This document shows, in pieces, positions 11,700 through 24,442 of a stretch of DNA of 64,000 nucleotides. The number at the start of each line of letters is the position of its first letter. Within the stretch, counting starts at the first letter, position 1. Below the pieces are notes generated by a model. It did no database searches, was not told where the DNA came from, and saw only the letters and a program-made list of their open reading frames with translations. Location: assembly GCF_963921235.1 (NCBI RefSeq), contig NC_086097.1, positions 160,706,001-160,770,000 of the forward strand, given 5' to 3'. The translations under genes and the position numbers were made by a program. The DNA is from Mobula hypostoma. Lineage: Eukaryota.

Positions 11700-11912
11700 G
11701 TATTTATTATTATTATTGTTATTTCTGCACCTTGTGGCACATAGGTGACAACTTTGCCGTTTCTTTAACATTTGTCTAATTTTTATGAGGCCGAGTTGTT
11801 AGCTCAACACACAACCCAGCACAGATGGAAAATGTGCAAAGAGCCGGCCGGATTCAAATCTGGGACCACGCACTTCAAAGTCCACTGTGGATGCCAGTAC
11901 ACCACCAGCCAG
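11700..11912 (-). mobile_element. tRNA-derived SINE with (TAA)n tail
   Basis: Reverse complement has an A/B-box-like head (TGGTGGTGTACTGG...GATTTGAATCC) and aligns along its length with 54494-54700. Confidence 0.65.
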
Positions 11913-12334
11913 CATTAAATTTATTTATGCACTAGATTATTGGAAAGTAGCCAGGTCCAGTTTACTGGAAAAAAATCAACTTGGAAACTATGCATTGCTG
12001 CCCATGAAGATGTACCCCATTTTCCAAAATTTATAGTACAATTAAAACTGAGTATGCACAGCTTCAAAGCTAAAACTACTGCTGGTATTTTTTTTATATT
12101 GTATTTGTCTGGCTTGTTACTTTGAAATTAAAGTGTATTTCATTTGGTGGTTTGATCAAAAAGCTCTATGTCAGCTCTAGAAGTTGGTCATGGATCAATA
12201 ATGTTTAAGAAGGTAATGCCTAGTTAGTTTGCATCAGTTACTGTTTCAATTCTTCACAAGCTTGAACTGCAGAAAAATACAAGATCAATTTATTAAACCT
12301 GTTACCAACTTTGTCAATGTTTTACATTGAGACC

Positions 12335-12425
12335 ATTCCTCCAGTTGAAGGATCTTGACTCAGTACGTTGACTGTATATTCCCCTTTATAGATGCTGTTT
12401 GACCCACTGTGTTCCTCCAGCAGCT
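12335..12425 (+). mobile_element. Highly decayed PLE terminal fragment
   Basis: GAAGGATCTTGACTCAGTACGTTGACTGTA...ATAGATGCTG...GTTCCTCCAGCA matches the HHR-bearing PLE end. Confidence 0.55.
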
Positions 12426-13579
12426 TCAAACAAAGATGTGCTACTGTGTGATTAAATTTGATACAACATAAGTATGGCCTATCAAATTAGATATGTATGA
12501 TGTTTAGTTATGGATGCTAATAAAATTTAACAAAGTTTTAAAAGAGAAAATTGAAGCAGTGAACCATAAAGACAACATAAACAAAATGCGTGCTTTTCTT
12601 AGGGATGAAGTTTGTAAAATAAAGCCTCTTAAAATTAGTTGACTTCAATCCCATGTGTATCTCGGTGATTCTGTTGTTGCTAAGGAAACACTTGTTTCAA
12701 GTATGTTGTTTCCTATAGGGCAGATGAATCGGAAACAGCTGTTGTTGTTTAAGCCTTTAGTATGTTCTGATATGCTTGCAAAGGAAATTGAAATAATTTA
12801 GTTAAAAATCATTGATGGCTCTTAATCTCATGGACTGAACCCTTGAACTTTTCAATGGACTTGGTGTGAACAGCGAGGAAAGCTTGCACAGCTTCATGTG
12901 AGGATATGTTTTCTGTTGCTCTTGTACTTTTACTAATTAGTTCCATGTTTGGAATGTTGTTGTATTTTGAATCCAATTCTTTATCAAGTGCTGAGCCTAA
13001 GAAGCCAGTAATATTTTTAGATAATTATTGAAGTTGTAGCATTCCTTAGATTCATCTGCCTAAGCAAAATACTGAAGCTTAATGATCAAAAATTATTTTG
13101 AAATAAACTTTCAGATAATGTATTTTTTACCATGATTAAAATAGTGAATATTTGATTACTACTGGAACTTATAGATTATTTAAATAGATACAAGGGACAA
13201 TAATAGTATGATCAAGACAAAAACATTTTGGAACTTCAGAGTTTCATTTGCATTATTAGTGTGTTTAAAGTGGTACAGCAGACTTTAATTGAAAATTTTA
13301 TCATGTTATGAAACACAGGCTAGCTCAGCTCTGCTATCTACTTTGTGTACTTGGCAAAATAGATGATCACTTCAGTGTGTTCTGTAGACTTGGCAGCTAA
13401 GAATAGTAGTAAAAATAACAAGATTTAACAATCGGAACTCCTGAATATATGGTACTTTAGAGGCTCAGAAGGGTGGCTAATGTGCCAAGTTGGGAAATTT
13501 CATCGAACATATCCTATTGCAATATTACTTAGTAATGCCCTGTTTTCTATAAAATATACCAAAGCACAGATGAGCTAAG

Positions 13580-15035
13580 AGATCGACCTACTGAAGTCTA
13601 GGACTGCAGAGTTCAAATCAGGTGACCCTGATCTATACTACAAGAAATCAAAGCAACCAGAGATGCCAAGAGAAAGCGCTCGTCCAAAATAGTGTCTCGA
13701 ACCAACCAACCATGACAAGGCTTATGTGCTATAACAGGCTACAAAACAGTCGAGCAACATTGCAGACAACAACATATCTCTTCCCGATGAACTACAAACA
13801 CTGCACATTTTGAACAGAAGGGTTTGTAAATCTTCACCCACAGCAAAAGTGAAATCAATCTTCCAGAAGGCACCTGATCTGGATGATGGCCCTGGATCCT
13901 ATGCAGATCAGCTAGCAGGAGTATTTGATGACATTTTTTACTTCTTCCCTCCTTCAATCTAAGGTTTCCCGCCTGCTTTAAGACTCTTATTCCAGTACCA
14001 TAAAGACAAAGAAGGTATCATGCTTTCATGACTACCCACTAGTAGAAATGACATCCACCATAATGAAGTGCTTCAAGAGGCTGATTATGGTATTCATTGA
14101 TGACAATCTCTCAGATAATCTCGACTCTCTGCAATCTGCCTCTTGATGAAACTAGTCTTTGGTAGATGCTGTCTTAATCATTCTACGCTCATATTTGGGG
14201 CATCTGGACAGTGAAGATATCTATTTTAGACTTGTTTGTTGACTACAGCTCCACCTTCAATACTATAATTCTAAGCAAACTCTTCTGCAAACTCCTAGAC
14301 CAGCACTCCGCACCTCCCTTTGCAAATGGATCCCTGAATTCCTGACCAACAGACTGCGATCAGTAAGGATAGGAAGCAATACTTCTGCTATAGTTATTCT
14401 CAACACTGGCACGACATGAGATTGTGTCCTCAGCCCTTTACTCTTCTCCCTGTACACTCAACTACGTGGCCAGATTGTGCTCTTATTCTATCTCCGTTTG
14501 CAGATGATGCTACCATAGTGGGCTGTATTTTATATAAGGATAAGTTGAAGTACAGGAAGGAGTTAGAGCACAGTGACATTGGTGCCATGACAACAACCTT
14601 TCTCTTGATGTCAGCAAACCAAAAGAGCTGGCCATTGACATCAGGAAAGGGGGTGGGGTGCAGTGTATGTGCTCCTGTTTACATAAACAGTGCAGATGTC
14701 AAGAAGGTTGAGTGTTTCAAGTTCCTATGAGTGAAGATCACTAATAGACTATCCTTGTCCAATCATATTGACACCATAGCCTAGAAAGCTCACCAGCACA
14801 TATGTGTTTGTGAATGAATTTATGTGTATATATAATGTGTGTATATAATATAAGATAGAGCCTTAACCTCTGAATCTACCTCATCATAAACTCACACCCT
14901 ACTGCCTACAGTACACTTTCTCTGTTATGCTTAATTCTTCATTCTATTTTAATTTTTACTACCTCAAAGATTTGATACAATGAATTGATCAGATTAGATG
15001 GTGTGCAAGACAGTTCATGGTACCTCATTACATAG
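13580..15035 (+). mobile_element. Degenerate Rex1/Babar LINE (RT region + 3' end)
   Basis: Remnants of DYPLVEMTSTIMKCFKRL, FVDYSSTFNTI, WILNFLT.R, NTG...CVLSPLL, FADDATIVG and FKFL. Confidence 0.75.
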
Positions 15036-15892
15036 TTGAAGACTACCACAGCACAGAAACAGGCCCTTCAGGCAATCTAGTCCGTGCCAAACTATTACTT
15101 CTAGTTCCATCGGCCTGCACCCAGAGTTAAGCCCTCCATCCATGCACCCATCCAAATTACGGTTAAGTGTTGAAATCAAATCTGTACCAACCACTTACAC
15201 TGGCAGCTTGTCTACACACTTCCAGCCCTCATATTCCCCTTAAACATTTCACCTTTCACTCTTATTGAGGTTCTAATCTCACCCAACCTCAGTGGAAAAA
15301 AGCGTGCTTGCTTTTGCCCTATCTATGCTCTTCATAATTTTATATACCTCTACCAAATATTCTCTCATTTTTCCATGCTTGGAGAATAAAGTCCTAACCT
15401 ATTTAATCTTTCCCTAAACTTGCGTGCTCAAATCCTGGCATCCTTGAAAATTTTTTCTGTACTCTTTTAATCTTGTTAATCTTTCCTGTAGTTACATGCC
15501 CAAAACTGGACATAAATACTCCAACGTAGGCCTCAGCAATGTCTTATACAACTTCAACAGAATATCCCAATACCTGTACATTGTATGAAAGCCACTGTGC
15601 CAGAAGATTGCTTTACATCTCTATCTACCTGTGACACCACTTTCAAGGAATTATGGATCTGTATTCTCAGATCCCTGCATTCTACCACGTTCCTCAGTGT
15701 CCTCATTGACTTTGGTGTCAAAATAGCTGTGGAGATATGTCTAGTGTGGTAGTGTAGTGGGTAGTGCTTGTTGCTCTCACTTTCAGCTTCCAGCACTGGC
15801 TAGCAGTCTTGTGAAAAGGAGAGCTGAATGCATAAGTCTCTCCCTGCCAATACATGGCCTCTCCAACAGCAATTTTCATATTCTGCCCCCTT

Positions 15893-17145
15893 GCTTCATC
15901 AGGACTGGAGAAAAAAGATAAGTCAGTAAGAAGACAGGGGGAGGGGAGGAAGAAATGTAAGGTGATAGGTGAAACTGGGAGGGAGAGGGGTGCTGATGTA
16001 AATTGCTGAGAAGCTGAGAAGTGAAAGAAATACAGGGCTGGAGCAGGGGGAATCTGATGAGAGGGGATGGGAGGCCATGGAAGAAAGAAAAAGTGAGATG
16101 AGAACCAGAGGGCCTCAACTGCATCTTTTCCATTTTGCATACATCTGCCCTTACCCCATTCTCCTGACACCCCGCCAGGGATAGAGTTCCTCGTGTCTTC
16201 ACTTACCACTCGCCTACTACCACACCTGCCTCTGCATCCAGCACTCAATTCTTCATAACTTCCGCCATCTCCAGCAGGATCTCACCACCAAGCACATCTT
16301 TCCTACCCCCGCTTTCTGTTGTCTGCAGAGATCGCTCCCCTTGCGACCACTTTCGTCCTTCCCCACTGATCTCCCTCCTGGATCTTATCCTTGCAAGCAG
16401 ATGAGTTCTACAATTACCCCTACACTTCTTCCCTCACTACCATTCAGGGCCCAAACAATCCTTCCAGGTGAGGTGACACTTCACCTGTGAGTCTGTTCGG
16501 ATCATCTATGGGATCTGGTGCTCTGGTGTGGCCTCCTGTATATCGGTGAGACCCAACATAGATTGGGAGACCGCTTCACTGAGTGCCTATGCTCCATCTG
16601 CCAGGGAAAAAGTGGGAACTCCCAATGGTCACCCATTTTAATTTCACTTCCCATGCCTATTCTGATATGTCTGTCCATGGCCGCCTCTACTGTCACTACT
16701 TCACACTCTGGTTGGAGGAGTAACACTTTGTATTCCGACTGGATAGCCTCCAACCTGATGGCATGAACATTGCTTTCTCAAACTTCTGGTTATGTGCCCT
16801 CATCCCCTTTACCACTCCCCATTCCCATTTCCCTCTCACTTTATCTCCTTACCTGCCCATCACCTCCCTCTGGTGCTCCTCCCCCTTTCTTCCATGGCCT
16901 TCTGTCTTCTCTCAGATTCCCCCTTCTCCAGCCTTGTGTCTCCCACCAATCAACCTTTCAGCTCTTTACTTCACCCCTCCTCTCCCTTCCTGGCTTCACC
17001 TATCACCTTGTGTTTCTTCCTCCTCTCCCTACACCTTCTTGCTCTGACTCCTCATTTTTTTTTCTCCAGTTCTGAGGAAAGGACTTGGCCCAAAAAGTCG
17101 ACTGTACTCTTTCTCATAGATGCTGCCTGGCCTGCTGAGTTTCTC
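15893..17145. mobile_element. Older PLE insertion with inverted arms (minus ~15893-16110, plus ~16115-17145)
   Basis: The plus arm encodes GIY-YIG remnants (CGLLYIGETQHRLGDRF) and ends in a decayed HHR. The left part is the reverse complement of the same 3' region. Confidence 0.75.
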
Positions 17146-17315
17146 TGGGGGGGGGGAGGGGTGGTATCTATAAACACTTTGTGGTTTCTCCTGTGAAGCC
17201 AATGTCCAGTTCAGTTCACTATCCACTGCTGAGTGCCAAGAGACTGAAACTTCTTGACCAACCTTCCATGCAGGACCGTATCAATGGCCTTTTTAAACCC
17301 CATGTAGACAACATT

Positions 17316-17780
17316 CATTCCAGGATTGAATGGCTTGTCATATGAAGAGCATTTGATGGCTCTGGGCTGGTATTCACTAGAATTCAGAAGAATGAGGGTG
17401 ACCTAATTGAAATCTATCGAATGGTGAAAGGCCTTGATAGAGTGGATGTGGAGAGGATGTTTCCTATGCTGGGAAAGTGGAAAACCAGAGGACACAGCCT
17501 CAGGATAAAGGGTGTCCTTTTAGAAAGGAGATGAGGAATTTCTTTAGCCAGAGAGTGGTGTATCTGGAATTATCTGCGGCAAGCAGCTGTGGAGGCTAAG
17601 CCTATTTGTATATTTAAGGCAGAGATTGATAGATCCTTGATTGGTCAGGGCATGAAGGGATATGGGGAGATGGCAGCAGATTAGGGCTGAGAGGAAAATT
17701 GTATCAACAACAATGAAACGGAGGAGCAGAATTGATAGCCAAATGGCCTAATTTTGCTCCTATATTTTATGTTCTTATGG
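17316..17780 (+). mobile_element. CR1 3' fragment
   Basis: PGLNGLSYEE..LYSLEFRRM remnant and CR1 3' UTR ending TTTTATGTTCTTATG. Confidence 0.8.
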
Positions 17781-17955
17781 TTATCCACTGCCTCATCTTC
17801 ATAAATTTTCCTGGTAACTTCCTCATAAAACTTTATAAAATTGATTAGGCACTACCTTCCATGCACAAATCTATGCTGACTATCCCCAATCAATTCTTGT
17901 CTATCGGAGTATGTACTTGTATATCTGGTCCCTTAGAATATTGTCCAATAATTTT

Positions 17956-18250
17956 AGGGGCACCACAATACCATAGTGGTTAGCACAGCGCCATTACATC
18001 TTAGGGCATCAGCGTTTAGCATTCAGTTCTGGTCTCTGTAAGAAAATTTGTGTATTCTTTCCATGAGTTCGTGGGTTGCCTTCGGGGACTCCGGTTCTTC
18101 CTACAGTCCAAAGATTGCACCAGTTAGTAGGTTAACTGGTTATTGTAAATTGTCCTGTGACTAGGCTAGGGTTAAATTGCTGGGTTGCTTGGTGGTGCAA
18201 CTTGTTGGGCTAGAAGGGCCTGTTCTATGCTGTATGTCTAAATAAAAAAT
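17956..18250 (+). mobile_element. V-SINE
   Basis: tRNA-like head plus V-domain-like core (GTGGGTTGCCTTCGGGGACTCCGGTTCTTCCTACAGTCCAAAGA) and a CR1-like tail (GGGCTAGAAGGGCCTGTTCTATGCTGTA). Confidence 0.7.
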
Positions 18251-19064
18251 GAAAGTAAATAATTTACCCACTGTCAGGCTCACGAGCCTATAATTTCCAG
18301 GCTTATTCTTGGATGCCTTTCTTACACACTCCACAACATTAGCTATCTTGCAGCATACAGTATCACCAATTGTTAAGATTGTTTAAACATCTCTGCTAGA
18401 GCCCCTGATATTTCTGCATTAGCCTGATGAAACACATTGTCAGGTCCTGAGGATTTATATAATTACCCTCTACAGAAATGCCTCCTCCTCTTTAATCTGT
18501 ATATGGCCATGACCTCGCTGCTGTTTTGTCTCACTACGATAGACTCTGTGTCTGTCTCCCAAGTAAATGCAGGTGCAAAAAATCCATTTAAGATGTCCCC
18601 CATTTCTTTCAGCTCAATGCATAGGGATTATTCCGATCTTCAGGAGGTCTAGTTTTGTCCCTTGTTATCCATTTGCTCTTAGTATATCTGTAGAAGCCCT
18701 TAGAATTCTCCTTCACCTTGTGTACTAAAGCAACGTCATGCATTCTTTTAGCCCTCCTAATCTCCTTCTTAAGCATTCTTTTGCATTTCTTTTCTCCAAG
18801 TACCTCATTTGTTCCTTCCTGCCTATAGCAACTAGTCACCTTTTTCTTAACCAAGGCCTCACTATTTTTCGAAAACCAAGGTTGCCAGACCTGTAATCCT
18901 TGGCTTTTATTCTGACAGGAACATCAAAACTCTTAATTCTCAAAATTTCGCCTTTGAAGTCCTCACACATACCAAGCACATCTTTGGCAGAAAGCAACTT
19001 GTCCCAATTCACACTTGCCAGATCCTTTCTGATGCCATCTAATTTGGCCCATCTCCAATTTACA

Positions 19065-19574
19065 TTAGATTTTTTAGATTAGATGATGAGGATACTCAAT
19101 CCTCATTTATTGTCATTTAGAAATGCATGTATTAAAAAATGATACAATGTTCCTCCAGAATGATATCACAAGAAACACAGGACAAACCAAGACTAAAACT
19201 GACAAAACCACATAATTATAACATGTAGTTACAACAGTGCAAAGCAATACCGTAATTTGATAAAGAGCAGACCATGGGCACGGTAGAAAAAAAAGTCTCT
19301 CCAAAGTCCCGATAGCCCCATCACCTCACGCAGAAGGTAGAAGGGAAAAACTCACCCTGCCATGAACCTCCAAGCGCCGCAAACTTGCCGATGCAGCACC
19401 ATTGGAAGCACCCGACCGCAGCAGACTCTGAGTCCGTCCGAAAACTTCTTGCCTCTGACCAGCCCTCTGACACTGAGCTCCATCCTCTGTCGCGCCCCAG
19501 CCGCCGAGCAACAAGCAAAGCTGAGAACTCGGGGCCTTCCCCTCCAGAGATTCTGGATCACACAGTAGCAGCAG
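19065..19574 (-). mobile_element. Unclassified non-autonomous retroelement with (TCTAAA)-like tail
   Basis: Interrupts CR1 between ATTTACA and ATTTAGA. The minus strand has a GC-rich body, AATAAA and a short tandem tail. Confidence 0.55.
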
Positions 19575-19920
19575 ATTTAGAATCTCTACCCAAGGACCAC
19601 ACCTATCCTTCTCCATAATTATCATGAATCTAATAGCATTATGATCACTAGTTCCAAAGTGTTCCCCTACACACACTTCTTTCGCCTGCTCGGTCTCATT
19701 CACTAATATCAATCCAGTATCACACTCTCTCCAGTAGGAACCTCTATATATGGATTAGGAAACTTTCCTGAAGACATTTGACAAATTCTCTCCCATCTAG
19801 CCCTTTTACAGTATGAGAGTGCCAGTCAATATGTGAAAAGTTAAAAGCACCTGCTTTTAACACAACCTTATGTTTAGAACATAGAACAGTGCAGCATGGG
19901 AGCAGGCCTTACAACTCACA

Positions 19921-20077
19921 AACACGAGGAAATCTGCAGATGCTGGAATTTCAAGCAACACACATAAAAAATTGCTGGTAAACGCAGCAGGCCAGGCAGC
20001 ATCTATAGGAAGAAGTACAGTCGACATTTCAGGCCGAGACCCTTCACCTTGGCACCAGCAATTTTTATGTGTGTTGC
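19921..20077. mobile_element. Mini PLE insertion: terminus plus short inverted end
   Basis: Tail and HHR on minus, then inverted CACCAGCAATTTTTATGTGTGTTGC. Imperfect TSD TTACAACTCACAA/TGACAACTGACAA. Confidence 0.8.
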
Positions 20078-20556
20078 TGACAACTGACAATGTTGTACTG
20101 AGCCAAGTAAGTTAGTAATTAAATGGCTAACTAAACCCAAACACGAGGAATTCTGCAGATGCTGGAAATTCAAGCAACACACATCAAAGTTGCTGGTGAA
20201 CGCAGCAGGCCAGGCAGCATCTTTAGGAAGAGGTACAGTCGATGTTTCAGGCCGAGACCCTTTGTCAGGACTAACTGAAGAAAGGGCCAGTAAGGGATTT
20301 AAGAGGGGGAGGGGGAGATCCAAAATGATAGGAGAAGACAGGAGGGGGAGGGATGGAGCCAAGAACTGGACAGGTGATTGGCAAAAGGAGTATGAGAGGA
20401 TCATGGGACAGGAGGCCGAGGGAGAAGGAAAAGGGGGGAGGGAAGCCCAGAGGATGGGCAAGGGGTATAGTAAGAGGGACAGAGGGAGAAAAAGGAGAGA
20501 GAGAGAAAGAATGTGTGTATATAAATAACGGATGGGGTACGAGGGGGAGGTGGGGC

Positions 20557-21802
20557 ATTAGCAGAAGTTAGAGAAGTCAATGTTCATGCCATCAGGTTGG
20601 AGGCTCCCCAGACGGAATATAAGGTGTTATTCCTCCAACCTGAGTGTAGCTTCATCTTTACAGTAGAGGAGGCCGTGGATAGACATGTCAGAATGGGAAT
20701 GGGATGTGGAATTAAAATGTGTGGCCACTGGGAGATCCTGCTTTCTCTGGCAGACAGAGCGTAGGTGTTCAGCAAAGCGGTCTCCCAGTCTGCATCGGGT
20801 CTCGCCAATATACAGAAGGCCACATCGGGAGCACCAGACGCAGTATATCGCCCCAGCCGACTCACAGGTGAAGTGTCGCCTCACCTGGAAGGACTATCTG
20901 GGGCCCTGAATGGTGGTAAGGGAGGAAGTGTAAGGACATGTGTAGTACTTGTTCCGCTTACAAGGATAAGTGCCAGGAGGGAGATCAGTGGGGAGGGATA
21001 GGGGGGACGAATAGACAAGGGAGTCGCGTAGGGAGCGATCCTTGCGGAAAGCAGAGAGAGCGGGGGAGGGAAAGATGTGCTTAGTGGTGGGATCCAGTTG
21101 GAGGTGGCGGAAGTTATGGAGAATAATATGTTGGACCCAGAGGCTGGTGGGGTGGTAGGTGAGGACCAGAGTAACCCATTCCTAGTGGGGTGGCGGGAGG
21201 ATGGAGTGAGAGCAGATATGCGTGAAATGGGGGAGATGCGTTTGAGAGCAGAGTTGATGGTGCAGGAAGGGAAGCCCCTTTCTTTAAAAAAGGAGGACAT
21301 TTCCCTCATCCTGGAATGAAAAGCCTCATCCTGCGAGAAGATGCGGCAGAGATGGAGGAATTGCAAGAAGGGGATGGCATTTTTGCAAGAGACAGGGTGA
21401 GAAGAGGAATAGTCCAGATAGCTGTGAGAGTCAGTAGGCTTATAGTAGACATCAGTAGATAAGCTGTCTCCAGAGACAGAGACAGAAAGATCTAGAAAGG
21501 GGAGGGAGGTGTCGGAAATGGACCAGGTAAACTTGAGGGCAGGATGAAAGTTGGAGGCAAAGTTAATAAACTCAACGAGCTCAGCATGCTTGCAGGAAGC
21601 AGCGCCAATAACAAAAAGGCAGGCATAGCTCGGACCCATGCATGTGCCCATAGCTACACCTTTAGTTTGGAGGAAGTGGGAGGAGCCAAAGGAGAAATTA
21701 TTAAGAGTAAGGACTAATTCCGCTAGTCGGAGCAGAGTGGTGGTAGAGGGGAACTGGTTAGGTCTGGAATGCAAAAAGAAGCAGAGAGCTTTGAGACCTT
21801 CC
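20557..21802 (-). pseudogene. PLE RT/GIY-YIG ORF remnant lacking the YIDD segment
   Basis: GVAMGTCMGPSYACLFV|IGAASC, LPFLD, YYKPTD, IYCVWCSRCGLLYIGET. Frameshifts and stops present. Confidence 0.85.
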
Positions 21803-22930
21803 GGCTTTGTGGAGCAATCTATGTTCTGAGCCTATTCTGGTATCTGTCCCCCATTTTTCCTTCGCTACATCGACGACTGCATTGGCGCTGCTTCTTGCAC
21901 GCATGCTGAGCTTGTTGAGTTTATTAACTTTGCCTCCAACTTTCACCCTGCCCTCAAGTTTACCTGGTCCATTTCTGACACCTCCCTCCCCTTTCTAGAT
22001 CTTTCTGTCTCCATCTCTGGAGACAGCTTATCTACTGATGTCTACTATAAGCCTACCGACTCTCACAGCTATCTGGACTATTCCTCTTCTCACCCTGCCT
22101 CTTGCAAAAATGCCATCTCCTTCTCGCAATTCCTCCATCTCCGCCGCATCTGCTCTCAGGATGAGGCTTTTCATTCCAGGACGAGGGAGATGTCCTTTTT
22201 TAAAGAAAGGGGCTTCCCTTCCTCCACCATTAACTCTGCTCTCAAACGCATCTCCCCCATTTCACGCACATCTGCTCTCACTCCATCCTCCCGCTACCCC
22301 ACTAGGAATAGGGTTACCCTGGTCCTCACCTACCACCCCACCAGCCTCTGGGTCCAACATATTATTCTCCATAACTTCCGCCACCTCCAACTGGATCCCA
22401 CCACTAAGCACATCTTTCCCTCCCCCGCTCTCTCTGCTTTCCGCAAGGATCGCTCCCTACGCGACTCCCTTGTCTATTCGTCCCCCCTATCCCTCCCCAC
22501 TGATCTCCCTCCTGGCACTTATCCTTGTAAGCGGAACATGTGCTACACATGCTCTTACACTTCCTCCCTTACCACCATTCAGGGCCCCAGATAGTCCTTC
22601 CAGGTGAGGCGACACTTCACCTGTGAGTCAGCTGGGTTGATATACTGCGTCCGGTGCTCCTGATGTGGCCTTTTATATATTGGCGAGACCTGACGCAGAC
22701 TGGGAGATCGTTTTGCTGAACACCTACGCTCTGTCTGCCAGAGAAAGCAGGATCTCCCAGTGGCCACACATTTTAATTCCACATCCCATTCCCATTCTGA
22801 CATGTCTATCCATGGCCTCCTCTACTGTAAAGATGAAGCTACACTCAGGTTGGAGGAATAACACCTTATATTCCGTCTGGGGAGCCTCCAACCTGATGGC
22901 ATGAACATTGACTTCTCTAACTTCTGCTAA
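21803..22930 (+). pseudogene. PLE RT (YIDD) / Cys linker / GIY-YIG ORF remnant
   Basis: FLRYIDDCIG, LPFLD, YYKPTD, CKRNMCYTC linker (Neptune-like), IYCVRCS..LLYIGET, GMNIDFSNF. Several stops present. Confidence 0.85.
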
Positions 22931-22982
22931 TGCCCCACCTCCCCCTCGTACCCCATCCGTTATTTATATACACACATTCTTT

Positions 22983-22987
22983 CTCTC

Positions 22988-23041
<54 letters not shown>
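22983..23041 (+). repeat. (CT)n microsatellite in the PLE 3' region
   Basis: About 59 nt of near-perfect CT repeats. Confidence 0.95.
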
Positions 23042-23043
<2 letters not shown>

Positions 23044-24288
23044 TTTTCTCACTCTGTCCCTCTGACTATACCCCTTGCCCATTCTCTGGGTTCCCCCCGC
23101 TCCCTTTTCCTTCTCCCTGGGCCTCCTGTCCTATGATCCTCTCATACTCCTTTTGCCAATCACCTGTCCAGCTCTTGGCTGCATCCCTCCCCCTCCTGTC
23201 TTCTCCTATCATTTTGGATCTCCCCCTTCCCCCTCCCACTTTCAAATCTCTTACTAGCTCTTCCTTCAGTTAGTTCTGACGAAGGGTCTTGGCCTGAAAC
23301 ATCGACTGTACCTCTTCCTAGAGATGCTGCCTGGCCTGCTGCCTTCACCAGCAATTTTGATGTGTGTTGCTAACTAAACCTATTCTGCCTGCACAACTCA
23401 AATTCGTCCATTGTTCTCAGATTCCTGTGTCTATTTAAACATCTCTTTGAAGTTTGCCTCTACTAGTGCCCCAGGCAGTGTATTCAAGGCATTCTCCACC
23501 CTTTGTGTGTGTGTGGGGAGAAACGCAACCATCTTGCCTGTCTTGTCCCCTTTTGTAATTACCCTTATCACCTAAATGCATGTCCTCTGATATTTGAAAA
23601 TTCCAACCCTTGGAAAAAGATTTTGTCTGTCTATCTGTGCCTCCATTAATCTTATAAACCTCTGTCAGATCACCTCTCAACCTCTGCTGCTCCAGAGAAA
23701 ACAAACTAAGTTTGTCCAGCCTCTCATCATAGCACATGCCCTTTAATCCAGGCAACATATTGGTAAACCTCTTCTGCACCCTCTCCAAACCCTCGACATC
23801 CTTCAGATAATGGGGTGACCAGAACTGTATGCAATACTTACGATGTAGCCGCACTGGCGTTTCATAACTCTGCAACATAACTCCCTGACTTTTGAACTCT
23901 GTGCCTTGACTAATAAAACGAAGCATGTTGTATGCCTTCATAACTATCCTATCTATCTGTGTAACCACTTTCAAGAAGCATTGTACTATATCCCAAAATC
24001 CCTCTGCTCATCTACACTATTAAGGAACTTGTTTTTAACTGTTTACATTTGACCTATCAAGGTGCAACACTTCAAGTTTGCTGAGTTAAACTCCATTTGT
24101 CTCTGCCCATATCTGCAATTGATCTATATCCTGTTGTATTCTTTGCTGGTGATGTGGAGAGCATAGAAGGTTAGCAATCTTTGCATCATCTGCAAACTTA
24201 CTAACCTACCCATTGACATTTTCATGCAGACCACACAAACACCGGAGGTTCCAGTACAGATCCCTGGAAAACATCACTAATCACAGAA

Positions 24289-24442
24289 AAATGTACAGTT
24301 GTTGTTTCAGGCCAAAACCCTTCAGCAGGACTATTTTTTTTTCCATTGATGTTGCCTGGCCTGTTGAGTTCCACCAGCATTTTGTGTGTGTGTCTGTGTG
24401 TTGCTTGGATTTCCAGCATCTGCAGATTTTCTCTTGTTTGTG
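24289..24442. mobile_element. Mini PLE insertion (inverted HHR piece + plus-strand terminus)
   Basis: Perfect 13-bp TSD ACTAATCACAGAA at 24276-24288 and 24443-24455. Confidence 0.8.

Larger units (their letters stand above)
15040..19860 (-). mobile_element. Old CR1 LINE split by PLE, CR1, V-SINE and SINE-like insertions
   Basis: CR1 3' end near 15046. RT and EN remnants at 15250-15720, 17165-17315, 17781-17955, 18260-19060 and 19575-19860 (e.g. KKEIRRAKRMHD, EHFGTSDHN). Confidence 0.75.
20138..23368. mobile_element. Penelope-like (Neptune-type) insertion with two long inverted arms
   Basis: Minus arm 20138-21802 and plus arm 21803-23368. TSD GCTAACTAAACC at 20126-20137 and 23369-23380. Confidence 0.92.
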
